Shown here: positions 1 through 13,450 of the stretch, in pieces
How the letters are laid out: every line of letters starts with the position of its first letter
Position numbering within the stretch: the stretch's first letter is position 1
Assembly: GCF_006345805.1 (NCBI RefSeq)
Contig: NW_021833618.1
Coordinates: 1 to 56,991 of the forward strand
Origin: Octopus sinensis
Taxonomy: Eukaryota
Direction of reading: 5' to 3'
Length of the DNA: 56,991 bases
Notes under the pieces: model-generated
Databases searched by the model: none
What the model was told of the DNA's origin: nothing
The model's input: the letters and a program-made list of their open reading frames with translations, nothing else
Position numbers and translations under genes: made by a program

Positions 1-700
1 GCACGAGTGGAGATGTAGTCATGGATTAGTTTATTCGCAGTTTCCCATTGTTGGTTGAGAGTATTTTTGATAGACATCTACATTGATCGGCCAGAGTAAA
101 AATGATGTGTCTTTTGTTTTCTGAATAGAGATTTTGTGACTTGGATCAGAAGAGTCTTGTATTTCCTGTAGGAATTGGAGTCCTCTCATCGTCAAATGGT
201 CATCGACCGGAAGAATACAGGACTCCCAATGAAGATGATCGATGGGAGTGGATGCAAGGCAGCCAGTTATTGTGCGTAGCCCTGAGTTTTGGATTCTTTA
301 GAGTTTTTGGAGGTTTGAATGAGACAAGTTCCATGACCATGCTGGACTAGCATAGTTCATAGATGTTCTGACAAATTGTTTGTAAACCAAAGTGAGGCAT
401 TCTTTGGCTTGGCCTTAAGTTTGCCCAGATAAGGCACGTAGTGCATTCAGTTTTCGTTTGGCTTTGGTGAAAATGAGCTCCACGTGTTGCGTGAAAGATA
501 GGCATTGATCGAATACGACTCCAAGGATTTTCGGGTTTTTTATGACAGGAATTATTTCGCCGGCCACATTGAGGACTGGGTTTAGGTTGAATTGTCTTTT
601 ATGTGTTTGTGGAGTAACTCATAGAAGGCGTACTCTTCCAGGGAATTCAAATTATAATCACAAAGGCAGTCTAATCCCTTCCAGAGAAGTACTTATTGTC
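1..700 (-). mobile_element. Degenerate non-LTR retrotransposon (I/Jockey-like) RT C-terminal fragment
   Basis: Minus-strand translation KILGVVFDQCLSFTQHVELIFTKAKRKLNALRALSG...YKQFVRTSMNYASPAWS...RIQNSGLRTITGC with internal stops; similar to the RT at 8009-9007. Ends approximate. Confidence 0.75.
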
Positions 701-764
701 GCACAGGACAATCACACACAACCAAAATTAACTAACAACCAAATTTATTATCAAAAAAAGAAAA

Positions 765-1021
765 TTAGTTGGAGGCATCAATCTCGGACTGAGTCTGCTC
801 GATCATTTCGTTGATGGAATTCTCCATTTCGTCAATCCGTCCGCCCATTTGGTCGACTGCGAGTCAGCCACGACAATACTTTTGGCCATTATATCCTCGG
901 ACATGCTCTCGAATTTGCTCTGCAGTTGTTCCAACAGATTCTGGATCTCGTTCGACTCCTCCATTGCCTTTCGAGTTTCCTCGTTTATGTCCATTTCTGA
1001 CTTGTTTCCCGACTCCGCCAT
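765..1021 (-). CDS. HSBP1: Heat shock factor binding protein 1 (77 aa, 2 exons)
   Basis: Removing the 23-nt GT-AG intron 857-879 (gtattgtcgtggctgactcgcag) gives ...LLEQLQSKFESMSEDIMAKIDQMGGRIDEMENSINEMIEQTQSEIDASN*, matching the HSBP1 coiled-coil pattern ([26 protein letters not shown]). Confidence 0.88.
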
Positions 1022-1835
1022 CCTACTAAACAGAGATCACTTATTGGGCATACCACACAACCAAACAACAATTCCTTTATTTTTATGTCATTTCATTATT
1101 ACTTAATTATTATTCCTTCAAAATAAATATACGACAAAGGGGACGAAGGGTGACAAATAATTTTATTATATACAATCAAATCACTCTAAACCGATTCCTA
1201 TAGAGAGGAGACCGGTATATTGCACATCAAATTTACTTATAACGACAAAGTGATATTAATAAAAATTTGTCAATAAGGATTGGCTCGTTTTTAGCCTCGA
1301 TTTAGCAATCGTTTTATTTTTTTGGATAGATCAGTCTGTCGACGGGATCGAGTAATGCAGGGTCTTGAATGCAAACAAAGTGGTAGATTTAGCATTTTTT
1401 GAACATTTGTGCGTAGTAATTTCTCTATATTTTCTGGCCTGTTTGCTTATCTGAGTCATCGTCATTATCTTCAGAAGCTGAGACTGTTTGTATTGGCCAA
1501 CGGGGAATGATTCCTATTCATTGAGATTTTCAGTGGGTAGTTAAAAGTCCAAGTTGACAAATTCTTCTTCTGTCACGTCATTATCGACTAGTTTATTCAT
1601 GAGGGATATGAACACTAAATTGTTTGCATGATTGTTGTGTAAATTACATTTTTACAGGAATGCCAGACTTATTAAGCAGGGGAAGATTGTGTTTTATTTC
1701 ACATCTATCTAAGCTGTGCTAATCCATTAATAGCATCTAAAAAAGAATTTTTGGCAAGTGGTGTCGCAAAAGAGGAACAAGGAAATATTAAAGCAAATAA
1801 TTAGGTTAGTCAATTAGTAACATCCGAAATGTAGG

Positions 1836-2639
1836 TCAAAAGCAATCCTTCCAGCATAGAAGATTGCTTGATGCGGGATATCGGCAGAGGTTGCAATCTA
1901 TTGTGAGTAAACTAACACACCATAGGCTTCCTCAGTGATTATTAGTGTTGCGTCTGTTGTTGCAAATGGATCCATTTCTACACTTTTATCAGTTAATTTG
2001 ATATCTAGCTGATTTGTCACTGTTGTAATCCTTATATTTGAATATATAAGTATACATTATGGGTTGGGACCCATTTGTGAATATGCACATTTTCTGGCCG
2101 TCAATAATACTACAAAGTCAGTAAGTTAAAATACCTCATGTAGAGGGGAAGACTGATTTTTGGCCTCAGGAAAATGGTATTTAATGGCATGTCACTTTAA
2201 TGTTAGAATAAGATTTGTACAGGCTTAATGATCCGACTAGACTTGCAAAGGCATCTACGTTCACGTAACGAAGGTCACTACAGGATTGCAGTTCTCTAAT
2301 GATTCAAAATATTTGAATGTACATATGGCGTAGGTGAATCAACCCGTCAAATGAGTTGTTTAGTATTCTCTTTAGCGAGTCTCCACGACAGTGACTAGTG
2401 TTAATAAAATGTTGATTACAATTGCTCCAAGTACGTTAAATTCGAGAATATTTCTCCATTTGGAAATAGAACGTTGCTAGAAATTGCAATTATTGTGTTA
2501 TGTTCTGCAGCATTTGCTCCATTGAATTCACAGTTTTGCAAAACTCTGATTCAAATAAGAAATTTTTCAAAAACTGTTGTGTTAAATCACAGTCTCTTTG
2601 GACCACTAAGTCAACCAAAAGTAGGACAAGTGAAAGCAT
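1836..2639 (-). CDS. Secreted LRR protein, family copy A1 (intact, 8 exons, 207 aa)
   Basis: Exons 2639-2575, 2545-2420, 2394-2323, 2295-2221, 2194-2135, 2109-2056, 2030-1921, 1897-1836; seven GT-AG introns of 23-29 nt; 624 nt open frame. Hydrophobic N-terminus MLSLVLLLVDLVV; LRR-like 72/75-nt phase-2 exons (FHCRGDSLKRILNNSFDGLIHLRH, IELQSCSDLRYVNVDAFASL); C-terminal CNLC...CWKDC. Confidence 0.85.
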
Positions 2640-3511
2640 TCTAATTAAGGCTAATATTTTATTGCGAATAACTCATTGGTTAGACAACAAATAAATTAAA
2701 AACTTTATTAACTAAATCCAAAACCGAAAATAATAAGAAATTAAGTAATTATTGATCCTAGTTTTTGGAAATTTTTCTCATCTTGAGGGGACTCCATAAC
2801 TCATTATTTCCACATTTACTTTCATGCTCAGAGTCATTTATAACTTGTCAATTTGTTTCATCTGGGGTTTTCGCATTATTAGTTTGTCATTGCAAACAAC
2901 TGCCGTAATGACTTCTTTATTAGGCATATTAATTCCCATTCCTATGCTCCAGAACGATGCTTTCTAGTGTCTTTTTCATTACAAATGCCAGAATGTATGT
3001 TCTTGTCGGGCCTTGAATAAATAATCTTTCGATATAGGAGATTGAACACTTTGTAATACTTTTAAACCTACTCCGTCCCTATTCACAAAAAGATAGAACA
3101 CTATTTTTTTCATTACTGTCGTTTAAATCATATATTTTTACTGGAATGCCACATTTATTAAAGCAGAGAGAGATTGTGTATTATTTACGTCCATCCATGC
3201 AGTGCTAATCCACGGATAGCATATAAGAAAAAATTTTAGGCAAGCGGTGTCGCAGTGGTTTCTGTTTCGGAAGCAGTCAAGATGATTAACAAAGGAATTG
3301 TAGAGAATTGAGCAAGAGGAGAAATGCCTGGTTTCAATTACCTACAAAACACGGATTGGATGCCACCTACGTCGCACCGACTGCTGAAATCGATTGACGA
3401 GATGTCTGATAATATAGAATGATTGAGAAGGAGAGGGAAGAAGTTTGCAGTACTGTGAGCAAGTGTTGGACTGCCCCACCAATCTCACTCACCCGAGATT
3501 AGGGTGTAATA
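1880..3511. repeat. Segmental duplication, paralogous to about 36720-39024
   Basis: Long near-identical runs in the same orientation (e.g. 2700-3511 versus 37550-39024 apart from a MITE in the latter); homology continues through 10873-11100 and 12279-12367 versus 39023-39338 once insertions are removed. Confidence 0.9.
2700..3100 (-). mobile_element. 5'-truncated R4/Dong-like retroelement 3' end
   Basis: Translates SYIERLFIQGPTRTYILAFVMKKTLESIVLEHRNGN, homologous to SYMERLKLDASTRSYIQSLTIKKTLEAMLVEHKHG of the element at 48470-51993. Confidence 0.7.
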
Positions 3512-3619
3512 CAGTCCGACCTTGAATTGGAACACTAAGTGTTCCAAAAACTGAGGTTTTGTCAAAAAATTAATATCAATATAAATTTAATTAAGACGTT
3601 TATTTACGAAACCAAAATT

Positions 3620-6600
3620 TAATTAAGATTAAAATATTTAATTAATTAGGACTTTCAATCCTGATTGATAGTCTCTCTTCTCCTTTTAGGAGAAGAGTCT
3701 GCTGCTTGTTCCTCTTCATTCTCTATCTCTGCGTCGGTTGTTGTGCGTCTTTTATCTTTGAATGAATTCCTGGCGGCATGCCATTTCTACTAGTTGATCG
3801 GTCGCAGAGGTATATTCCTCGCCAGTTATCTTCATTCCATGCTTGTGTTCAATTATCATGCTCTCTAGCGTCCTTTTGAGCACAATCGATTGGATGTATG
3901 TCATTGTAGATTTTTCAATATATAGTTATCCATATAATTTTTGAAGCATCTTGTGACAACACCATCCCAGGTCAGAACCACAGGAATAATTTTAACTTGG
4001 CATTCGTAGAGTAGTGACAGTTCATTTGCAAGGAAATCATATTTTGAAGTTTCTCAACTTCCACTTGTTTTAAGCGGTCCTGAGATGTTATGCCCACCTC
4101 GATTAAGGTTATTTCCTTTTTAATCTTGTCATAAACAAAGATATCCGGTTTATTGAAGTTGACTTTATTTTCTGTTATAATTGACGTGTCAACTTTAATT
4201 TCTACATTTTGAGTTGACAATATCGACTGAACTGAATGAGTCTTTAATTTCCTGTTCTTTTTGATTCCATACATTCGACAAATATGAAGATGGACACATT
4301 TAACCACCTCGTCATGTCTTCGGAGGTAATCGCTATTGAGCATTTTACCACACTGTGTGGCCAGATGATCAACAGTTTGTTTACTTTTTTTACAATGATT
4401 GCATAACGGCCTCGTGTTTGCAAAAAACAAATTTCTATCTTGCAGAAGGCAGTATAATGCTTCACTTCGGGGGCCATTATTTCCTTTGGCTAACCATTCT
4501 GAGGAAGTAGAAAGATCGACATTTGATTCATTCAAGCATTTGAACATAACAGAGTGTAGTACTTGGACTTTATTTTGTTTAGCAAATATTTTTTCTGAAT
4601 GTCTTGGAGAAAATTAATATCTATGCTTTCTGTGTCAGCAATAGCGTATTTAGAGGTAAGAAATCCTGCGATTGTAGTCAAATGCCATTTCTTTGTTTTA
4701 ATAACTCGCAGAATCCCCGACCTTCGCAAACACACAGCCGACTGTCTTTCCAAGCTTTTAAGAAATTGCATGAGTATTAATTCGCTCTTGAACGAGATGG
4801 AGGCAAGTCCTCTTCCAAAAGTTTTGCGGTCTAAATACAGCCTTTCTTTATTTGCAGGCTGGAAATGTAACTTGAGTGTCATGAGCAGTCGACGTATTTG
4901 TTTATCAATGTCATCAAATTCATATGGCTCGATATTAATTAGCCCAATATAATAATTATATAGGGACAATGCATATTCATTTATGGCATAGAATAAATTC
5001 ACCGAATTCAATTTTGTTTTTGACAACATAGTTATTTTTTTACATTCTCCATTATTGAATCCATAACTTTATTCTTGAGGACATTACTTCCTCCATCTTC
5101 AAATACTCCCAAATAGCGATATCCATTGATTCCTTCCAAAGTCTCACAGCATGATAAAGATTTGACATTAGAGGCCGATTTTTCAGAGTTCATCTCCAGG
5201 CCAACAATGTCGAAAAATTCTTTAACAGCTTCCACCATTTTAATAACAGTGTCTTCTTTGAGAGCAAATATCTTTAGATCGTCAATAAAAAATAGGTGAT
5301 TGGTAGAATATGTCAGCATATTTAGATCCTCCTGATTAATTTGCAATTTGGGAAATTTAGAGTTCAGGATCCTGCTTAGGGGATCCATTACCATAACAAA
5401 TAGCAATGGGGATAATGAATCTCCTTGTAAAATTCCTCGAGTTAGCTTTATTGAACCAATTTTTCTTCCATCAAGGTGTAGATTTACTTTCCACTTCTTG
5501 ACTATACTTTTCACAAAGTTAATAATCCAGAGTGGAATTCCAGAGCTGTCCATTATGTGAAATAAAAATTGGTGATCAACCGAGTCAAAGGCTTTCTTTA
5601 CATCCACCCAAGCAGAGTACAGACTGTTTTCATATTCCTTGTTCAAGCATTGATTAATAAATGCTTGCTCTTTCGCACCCTGACATTGCTTTCTGGTTTC
5701 GAGTTGATTGTCTGAAATCAGCCCAAATCCATCCACAAAGTCAAAGAGTTTAGCATTCACACACTTCGTTACAAGCTTGTACAAAGTTGGCATACACGTT
5801 ATAGGACGTAAATCCTTTGGATTCTCACAATCATCCTTTTTTGGAATCAAGTAAGTTAATCCCGTGTAAAACCAACTCTCGGGCATGTACTCACCCTTGA
5901 TTATCCGGATTACTTCATTACACAAGAATTCATGTAATGATTCCATTTTCTTGATGAAAAAGTTATATGTTCCATCGCATCCGCACGCCTTCCAATCAGG
6001 CACATATTTGAGCATATCTTTAACCAACTCATTTGTGAATTGAGGTTCTATAGCTTCACCACCGGTAGACCTCACATCCACACAATTATACGAAACGTGA
6101 TCCATATTTCTCTTTCTCCAGACGTCCTCCCAGAATAAAAAACACTCATTATCATCAAAGCCATATAAGGTTACTTCATTATTCGACGATAAGTTTCGGT
6201 AAAACCTTCTGCGGTTTAATTCGAAGCACGCATTGTCTTTTCGGAACTCTTTCCTCGAGTTATAAATGGATATTTGTTTATCTTTAATTCTGATTAGATC
6301 ATTGATTAAAGTCTCAATTCTCATTAGCCGTAGCGGCAGAGAATATCCATTACATTTTTCTTTTCAGATTGAGGTAATGCTTGCCTCGAAAAGGAATTCA
6401 CTAATTTAATTTCAGCTGCTAATTTCGAAATTTTGTTTTCTGTATTTTCCAACCATGTGCTTTTTGTTTTAGGCCTTATAGTTAAGGCCAAATAAGCACA
6501 CTGTGCAGCATATAATATGTCTGTAATCTGATCCATATTTTGTGGAAGATTATCTTCTGTAATACGATAAATTGCAGAATTCAATCCAGACAGAATATTA

Positions 6601-7160
6601 GTTTTCACTTTATTTTTTTGGATTTTTGGGGTAGGTTTTCGAGACTCTCTAGGAATAGATTTGATTCTTTCGAGTTGGACTTTGAGTTCTTCTAGGCAAT
6701 TCTTGAAGTTAGAAATTTCAATATTCATGTTAGATTTTCCTTCACTACAATCGCCTCTTTTCCCTACATTTTGATTCCCATTTAGTGGTTTGACCATTTT
6801 TTTAGTTGATATAGACTTGAGCACTTTAAGTATTTTTCATTGAACTCTTTCAGAATGAGATCCCAGCCACCTCTAGGCATCCTTCCAAATCTTTCTTTGA
6901 TAGCATAGAACACCTGTGACACCCATTCAGTCTCAGAGACACACTTGACATCCTTAATAATGGCGGACAGGGAATGAAAGTTAGTTGGTGCAGCACGACT
7001 TCCAACTGTAGGATTATTGTTAATATTAGTTCTTGTGCCGTTATCCAGCCCCAGAGACAACACTCCTGCATCCACTATACTGTTTTTATTATTTGATTCT
7101 GCAGAAAGGCCCATGGGATTCGTTTTCTTCTTATTGATAAAAACGGACATGCACAACACA
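3620..7160 (-). mobile_element. Near full-length R4/Dong-like RLE non-LTR retrotransposon, broken ORF
   Basis: ORF pieces 6782-7159, 6324-6824, 5032-6324, 4532-5029, 3972-4547 carry RT (QGDSLSP, FIDD), a CxxC..H..C knuckle, RHD and PDIFVYDK..LIEVG restriction-like endonuclease motifs. Confidence 0.9.
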
Positions 7161-7299
7161 CAACAACCATATATATATAAATTTAATAATTTAATTAATG
7201 CAAAAAAGTCTTAAATATTATTATTTATTAAAAAATAGTCATCGATCCTTTTTCCATAACCATAATTTTTCTTCAAACTACTAAACACATGTAACTATG

Positions 7300-9065
7300 G
7301 AAGGAAGTCTCTTGTCAAGGAAAGAAATCGTCTTAAAAAAGTAGGGATCCGAACCCCGATGCAAAAATCTGTTTGAAACTGTTGAACGACGAAATAAAAG
7401 CTAGTAAATTCAAAACTCAAAGAGCGAAATGGAGGAAAGTACTTACGTCCCTAAACCGTAATCGGTCGACATCCGAGATCTGGAAATCTATTCGGAACAT
7501 CTCGAAGGCTAATGAGGAAACACCTGGAGATGACGAATTCAGCCAAAAAGACCTAAATGCCTTAATAAAATACTACGCGAAAATCTCTTAAAGGATCGTA
7601 TGAAGACTGCCCCTTCCAAACCGCCGCTAAGGAAGCTGAAAAGTAAACATTCAACTCATTTCACTGAAAAAGAAGTATTGGAATCCCTACACCAAACAAA
7701 AGTAACATATTCACATGGTCCCGACGGCATTCCTATAATTCTCCTGAAAAACATAGGGAATGAGGGAATCAGTGTTCTCACAAAATCTACAATTGGTCGA
7801 TTAACTACAACTCAATCCCAACGATTTGGAAATTGGCGAACATCCGCCCAATTTTGAAGAGTGGAAAACCAAAACAAGACCCGGCCTCCTTCAGGCCAAT
7901 TTCCCTATTATGTTCCACGTCAAAAACTCTGGAAAAACTCATCCTCACAAGAATCATTAACAGCATGGATTCAAAAAAGATTGTTCCACTGCAAGCTTCC
8001 TTAGCTCCTTGACTAACTTTATCCGTTCTGGCATTTCGTGCAAGCCAAGACATCAGAAAACTGTACTTTGTTCGCTGGATATCCACAAAGCCTTCGACGC
8101 TGTGCCTAGAAAAAACCTAGCATGGAAAATCTACCAATCAAACATCCCTGAAGACCTCAAGCTCTGGTTGACTAACTTCCTCAGCGGTCGAAGAGGAAAA
8201 GTATGCTTTGGAAACATTCGTTCCATTTCCCGTCTATTCCCAAATGGTGTACCCCAGGGCTCACCATTATCACCTCTCCTATTCAAATTGTTTACGGCCG
8301 ATATTCCGACGCCTAATGGCGATCTGCTTCTGGCCTATGCAGATGACATTGTATTGGCATCACGGGACCAGAACATCCAAACAGCAAAAGGAAGATTACA
8401 ACAAAACCTGGATCACCTAGTTGAGTGGTTTAACGTAAACCGGATGTCGATCAACACAGAAAAATCTGTCACAACTCTCTACTCCTCAGCCAAAAGACTA
8501 TCGAAAACTTCAATCGAAGTTGTTGTGGAGGGAAGAGTATTACCTTTCAGCAAATGGCAAAAGATATTGGGATTAACTTATGACACGCACATGAACTTCT
8601 CTAAACATGTCACAAATGTGCTGAACAAATGTGAAAAGAAAATCAACCTCCTGAAATGCCTAACTGGTCTATGGAAAATGGGAAATCACCCTATACTTAA
8701 AACACTCTACTCACAGTATATCGAACCATGTATCTCATATGTTTGTGCCTCATGGGGGCCACTGATTTCGAATACAAACATCCGTAAAATCTCCGCAACC
8801 CAGAAAGAAGCTTTCACACTTACCGAAAGGTGGTATACAGGTGAAGCTATCAAACCACCAATCTCTTTCGAAACTCTCATTGAGAAGAATACAAAAGGGC
8901 ATCAATGGTATAAAGGAACGATCCGGCCTCAACGATCTTGTGTGGGCTCAAGAGAGCAGCACAGAGCGAAGCTGAGAGCAATGATCAAATTCGTCAGGAT
9001 CACCTAGTTAGTTTTTTTTGGTTAACGGTGGTCTTTGGAATAAATTTGGATTTGATTTTGATTTG
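7300..9065 (+). mobile_element. 5'-truncated I/Jockey-like LINE with RT and (TTTGA)n-type tail
   Basis: ORF 8009-9007 has DIHKAFD, GVPQGSPLSPLLF, YADD; upstream RT N-terminal pieces at 7373-8000; ends AATAAA followed by tttggatttgattttgatttga. Confidence 0.85.
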
Positions 9066-9261
9066 AACAAATTTTGTCTGAAACAGTAAAAATCATTTAA
9101 CAAAATTGGAGCTATGTCTAGAACTGATTCTTCCAATTCATTCACTTTTGTTACTACTTCTTTGACCGTAGTCTGTTTATTTTGCATACCACTGTAAAAA
9201 ATTTCTTCATTATCGCTGCTTTCCGTATTTTCCAACAATTCGTCTACAACTTGTTCTATAA

Positions 9262-10687
9262 CAGGGGTGTCAAACATGCGGCCCTCAGCGTACTTTACCA
9301 AACATAAGTGCGGTCTGATTTAATGGCTATAAAATGCAAAAAATTATTTTTTATTTTTTTACATTTAATTAAAATTTTTAATTGTATTTTTAAATCGTGT
9401 TTGTTAATGTCACGTGCTTCTTCTGGAATAAAATAGAAACGCTCCTTGAAAGATGAACGGAGGGTGTTTCAAGATAAATGGGAACTTCTCTATTTTTGCA
9501 CAATGGTTGATGGAAAAATACATTGTTTTATATGTAACACGAAGATTGAACACGAGACTAAAAAATTGCAATCTTTGCAACTTTAGCTTTCTCGGCAAAG
9601 CCATTGGCTTCTTCTCGAAGATCATTCTGGAAGCAAGAGCAATGGCTATTCCTAAACGTCCACCTCTCGCTGCTTGTAGTCGAAGGATATCCGGTCTGGC
9701 CAAGGAGAGAAATCGCCTCAAAAGGTCAAACCGATGTCTTCTGACACTTAAACAAGGAACTGAAGTCCAATGAACTCAGACACACCTATTTGAAATGGAA
9801 TCGAATTCTTTCTACCGTGAACCGCAATCGTTCAACGGGTGAAGTGTGGAAAGGCATTCGGCACGTGGTCAGGGGGGACGCTCCCGAACCTTTCGAAGAT
9901 TTTGATAAAAAAGACGTGAACAACCTCATGAATTTCTATGCGAAAAATGCACATAAAGATCACAGGAAATCCGACTCACTCCCCTCCAACAGAAGCCTAA
10001 AAAAACGGGCTGAACCGCTCCTCCTCTCGGTAAAGGAGGTGGAAGATTCGGCGTCGAAGGTGTCAGATTTCTAACAGCAATCTTCAACCATTCTATTAAC
10101 AACAACGTAATTCCGGCTTTATGGAAACAGGCCTTAATAAGGCCGATACTGAAGCCTGGAAGACCAAGAGGGGACTCGCTTGATGAGGTCTATCCCGGGT
10201 CATCATTTGCTCATTTTTATTGTATTATTCATCAGCAATATTTGTGCTCAAAGATATTAAAAATGGAATCGGTGTTAAAGGAATTTCAAGAAAGATTTAA
10301 TGATTTTTCGTCTTTTGAACAACAATTTTTACTATTCGCATCACCATTCTCTTTTAATGTTTCTAATGCAGATGAAAGTTTACAAATGGAACTAATCCAC
10401 TCAGATTCTATATTAAAGCTAAATATTTGGAGGTTAGAATACCTGCTTTCTTTTCATATCTTCCTGGAAAGTTTAAAAACTTAAAAAGTTGTCAATCCTC
10501 TGGAAGCAACTCTCACCAAAATTAAAAAGCGATAATTGAATAATTTAGTAACTAAATTATTAACTAAAACTAAATTTTAGTTTCTCTTATTTTGGTTATT
10601 CATCATAATAAATATCAGAACTAATCTTCCCTTAATGAGAAATATTATAAATGCGGCCCTCAAAGCGAAATGAGTTTGACACCCCTG
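9262..10687 (+). mobile_element. Internally deleted hAT (SPIN/Charlie, GTF2IRD2-like) element with nested LINE fragment (about 9590-10190)
   Basis: TIRs CAGGGGTGTCAAAC / GTTTGACACCCCTG; N-terminal KDERRVFQDKWELLYFC..CFIC and C-terminal LKEFQERFNDFSSFEQQFLLFASPF..LQMELI transposase remnants; flanks TTCTATAA / GCCTAGAA match at only 5 of 8 positions. Confidence 0.8.
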
Positions 10688-11100
10688 GCCTAGAATAAAT
10701 CAAATCAAAATTTATTCCAAAGACCACCGTTAACCAAAGTCATTTTAAATGAAAACCTCGATTTGGAACCTAGAATCTAGGCAGAGATCCTACAAAGTGT
10801 TCCAAAAACTGAGGTTGTTCCAAAAACTGAGGTATTCCAGCCCAAGGTCTGTTCCAAATCGAGGTCGGACTGTACTACAAAACAGTCGACGACCATCTCT
10901 GCTACAAGACGGAAATAGTCGACCCCACCAAGAAAATCTCCCATTTTACATGTGTAGAGGAGGTGATACAAATCTTAGAGGCCTATTCGTAAGCACATTA
11001 ATTGTCTCTGTTCTCTCTGCAGCCCGACAACCTCAACCGACTAGGGCCTTTCTTCAACTTGGCGGTTTTTCACTGTGAAGTGAAGGAGATGCCTCACAAG

Positions 11101-12270
11101 CAGTGTTCCCTCTAAGCGAGTGGTAGCTATGCGCGCTGGGCACATTGCATTGTGCAGCGTTATAAGTGACGTATGCAAAAAATTTTGGGGGGGGAAAATT
11201 TTACAATTAAAAAACAATGGTTAAAAAATAGGTCTAGTCAATTGGATATTCTTCTGTTTTTATTTTGTATCCAAAATTTGTATACTCGATCAAGATCCAC
11301 TGTATTCCCACTTGTTAAATAGAACTTAATTTGCATGATCATCTCCAAATGGTCAATCTCAAGTCTATTACGTAGTTTTAGTTTTGATACAGTTCATCAA
11401 ACTAAATCCACGTTCAGCATCAGCACTCGACGCTTGAAATGTGCCACAAATATCCACAAATGTTGCAGTGGCTGAAAATTTTTTCTCCGCTATAAATTAC
11501 ATCTTCAAATGTTTTCAAAGCACCAGAGTGCATTTTTTTCTTTTAAAATAAACTTGAGATCTGTATATTCCGACTGCAGTTTTATGAGTGGGACTTCTGA
11601 AGAGAGTAATTTTCATATTTTTTCGCTAATTTAATTATCTCTCCTCTTTTCCAAATTCAAAGTTGTCTGATTTTGAATTGCTTGAGTGTCAAATGCTACC
11701 ATTCTCTTAATTCGTCAGCTGGAAATCTTTCTTGTAAATGCAGATAAACATGCTCGATAAAGCATAGGATTTCATCTGTATTTGTATCTCCATAACCAGT
11801 TGTTGATAACACATCTTCACACTGTCACTCCAGTAAATTTCATTCCATCCAATATTGAGATTTCAGCTTCGAAATTTTTGCTCTGGCAAACTGTACAGCT
11901 TCTATGGTCGATATACGCTTCTTGGAAAACTGTGCACAAATCTGCTAATTCAGCCAAAATTTCATTTAAGACAGTTAAAGCAACATGAATAAGAGGATTT
12001 TGAAGTTGTTTTAAGCAATATTTTGCAATCGGATCATTATCATCTTCAACCTGCTTAAAAGAAGGAGAATTTTTCTTAAGTCTCATATCAATATTATAGA
12101 CACGTTTTCGTTTTGAAATGAAAATAAGAATATATAAATTCATATAAAAAATTAAAAAAAATAGCAATTTTTAATATTATACTTTCTACTGCGCAGAAAA
12201 AAATTTCGCTGCGCAGCAAGGTGCAAACTGCTGCGCGGCCGCGCACGCGTGCAGCTTAGAGGGAACACTG
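11101..12270 (-). mobile_element. Non-autonomous hAT (ZNF862-like) copy 1
   Basis: TIR CAGTGTTCCCTCTAAG at both ends; perfect 8-bp TSD CTCACAAG; empty site at 39239-39246; retains the hAT dimerisation-type motif TFQASSADAERGFSLMNCIKT. Confidence 0.93.
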
Positions 12271-12699
12271 CTCACAAGACAATAGAAATGGCGGAACAGT
12301 CCGTGGCGACACCAAAGGAGTACTCCACAACAAACACTCCATTTTCATTGCCAAACTCATCCTGGACAATATATCCGTTGGCCCCCATTCTTATATTCAC
12401 TCAATATTTCACAAGCTGAACACATCCCACTTCATTATCTCTTCTTTGCTGTCGATCCGCCTCTTCTGCCAGATTCATAGGCCAGGATACAGCTTTCGTG
12501 TGTTTGACAAGTTCCACTGATGTCTCGTGGTGGCTACTTCCTTCATTCAGTCGCTTATTGATTGCCCCAACATCCATTGCAATACTTGTACGTGATTCGC
12601 CGCCGTGGCTGAGAGTTTATGTTTTTTTAACTGCTGGTGATTCACACACTTGTCATGGAAATTCTACGCTCCTTTTCTGATTTTCCTTGGACACAAATG

Positions 12700-13450
12700 T
12701 GGTTCATTTCAGCAAAGTCTGGAGGAAACAAGGTCTTGACTTTCCGGAAGATCAAATGTCTCAACGAAACTGGGATCGAATAGGATGCAAGCAAACTTTC
12801 AATCTGCTGCTCGAGCATTCCCAAACGCTCTCCTCGACGATGAATCGGTAAAAATTGGAATCTCTCTGCGCCTCGAGCTAAGGCAATGTGTCCCGCACGT
12901 GTATCGTTGTGGCTGCCCTGTTGAGCCTTTCGGTTTGCATCCTTTATCGTGCAGGAGGAGTGCCGGATGGTTTCCAAAACACTCTGCTTTGAATGACATC
13001 ATACGGAGGGCCCTTGATTCGGCGGGATTTCCTTTGGTCCTCGAACCACCGGGTCTTGACCGCGGTGACGGGAACGTTCTGTTGGGATGACCCTTTTCCT
13101 TTTGAGGGCGGAAAAGTCTTCGTATGGGATGCAACTTGCTGGGACACTTTTTCTGCTTCACATTTAACTTTGTGTGCTCTAGAGGCTAAATCTGCTGCTA
13201 AGCAGGTTGAAGATTTAAAGCTAACCAAATATTCTGCATTTCGGATGAGTTTTTCGTGTTGTCGATAGCGGTGGAGACGTCGGGTGCTCTTGATCCAAAG
13301 ACGGAAAAATTCTCTCAAGCTCAAGGTCAAAATCTCAATGCGCACTCACGATCCTCGGAAGGTGGACTGGCTTTTCCAACGGTTCTTGATCGCCGTTATC
13401 CAGGGGAACAGTTTGGCGATCCGTCAGGCCGTATGCCTTTTCATTGATTA
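12700..13450 (+). mobile_element. CRE-like RLE retrotransposon 3' fragment
   Basis: GISLRLELRQCVPHVYRCGCPVEPFGLHPLSC..HSALNDIIRRAL..EPPGLDRGDG, WDATCWDT, IAVETSG motifs, frameshifted. Confidence 0.8.

Larger units (their letters stand above)
3512..10872. mobile_element. pogo/Tc1-mariner-type non-autonomous element inflated by nested insertions
   Basis: TIRs CAGTCCGACCTTGAATTGGAACA (3512) and reverse-complement CAGTCCGACCTCGATTTGGAACA (ends 10872); TA on both sides; empty paralogous site gggtgtaaTActacaa at 39023-39024. Confidence 0.85.

Noticed and set aside
2500-2694. Conserved small ORF pair (2500-2694 and 37347-37541)
   Set aside because: Antisense to LRR exons 1-2 and promoter; similarity comes from the duplication.
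9008-9301. 97-aa acidic ORF
   Set aside because: Starts inside the hAT TIR and ends in a LINE tail; no recognisable motif.
9019-10736. Inverted repeat at 9019-9065 / 10697-10736 as transposon TIRs
   Set aside because: Better explained as two oppositely oriented LINE 3' tails (AATAAA plus TTTGA repeats); the first directly follows the RT ORF and no TSD was seen.
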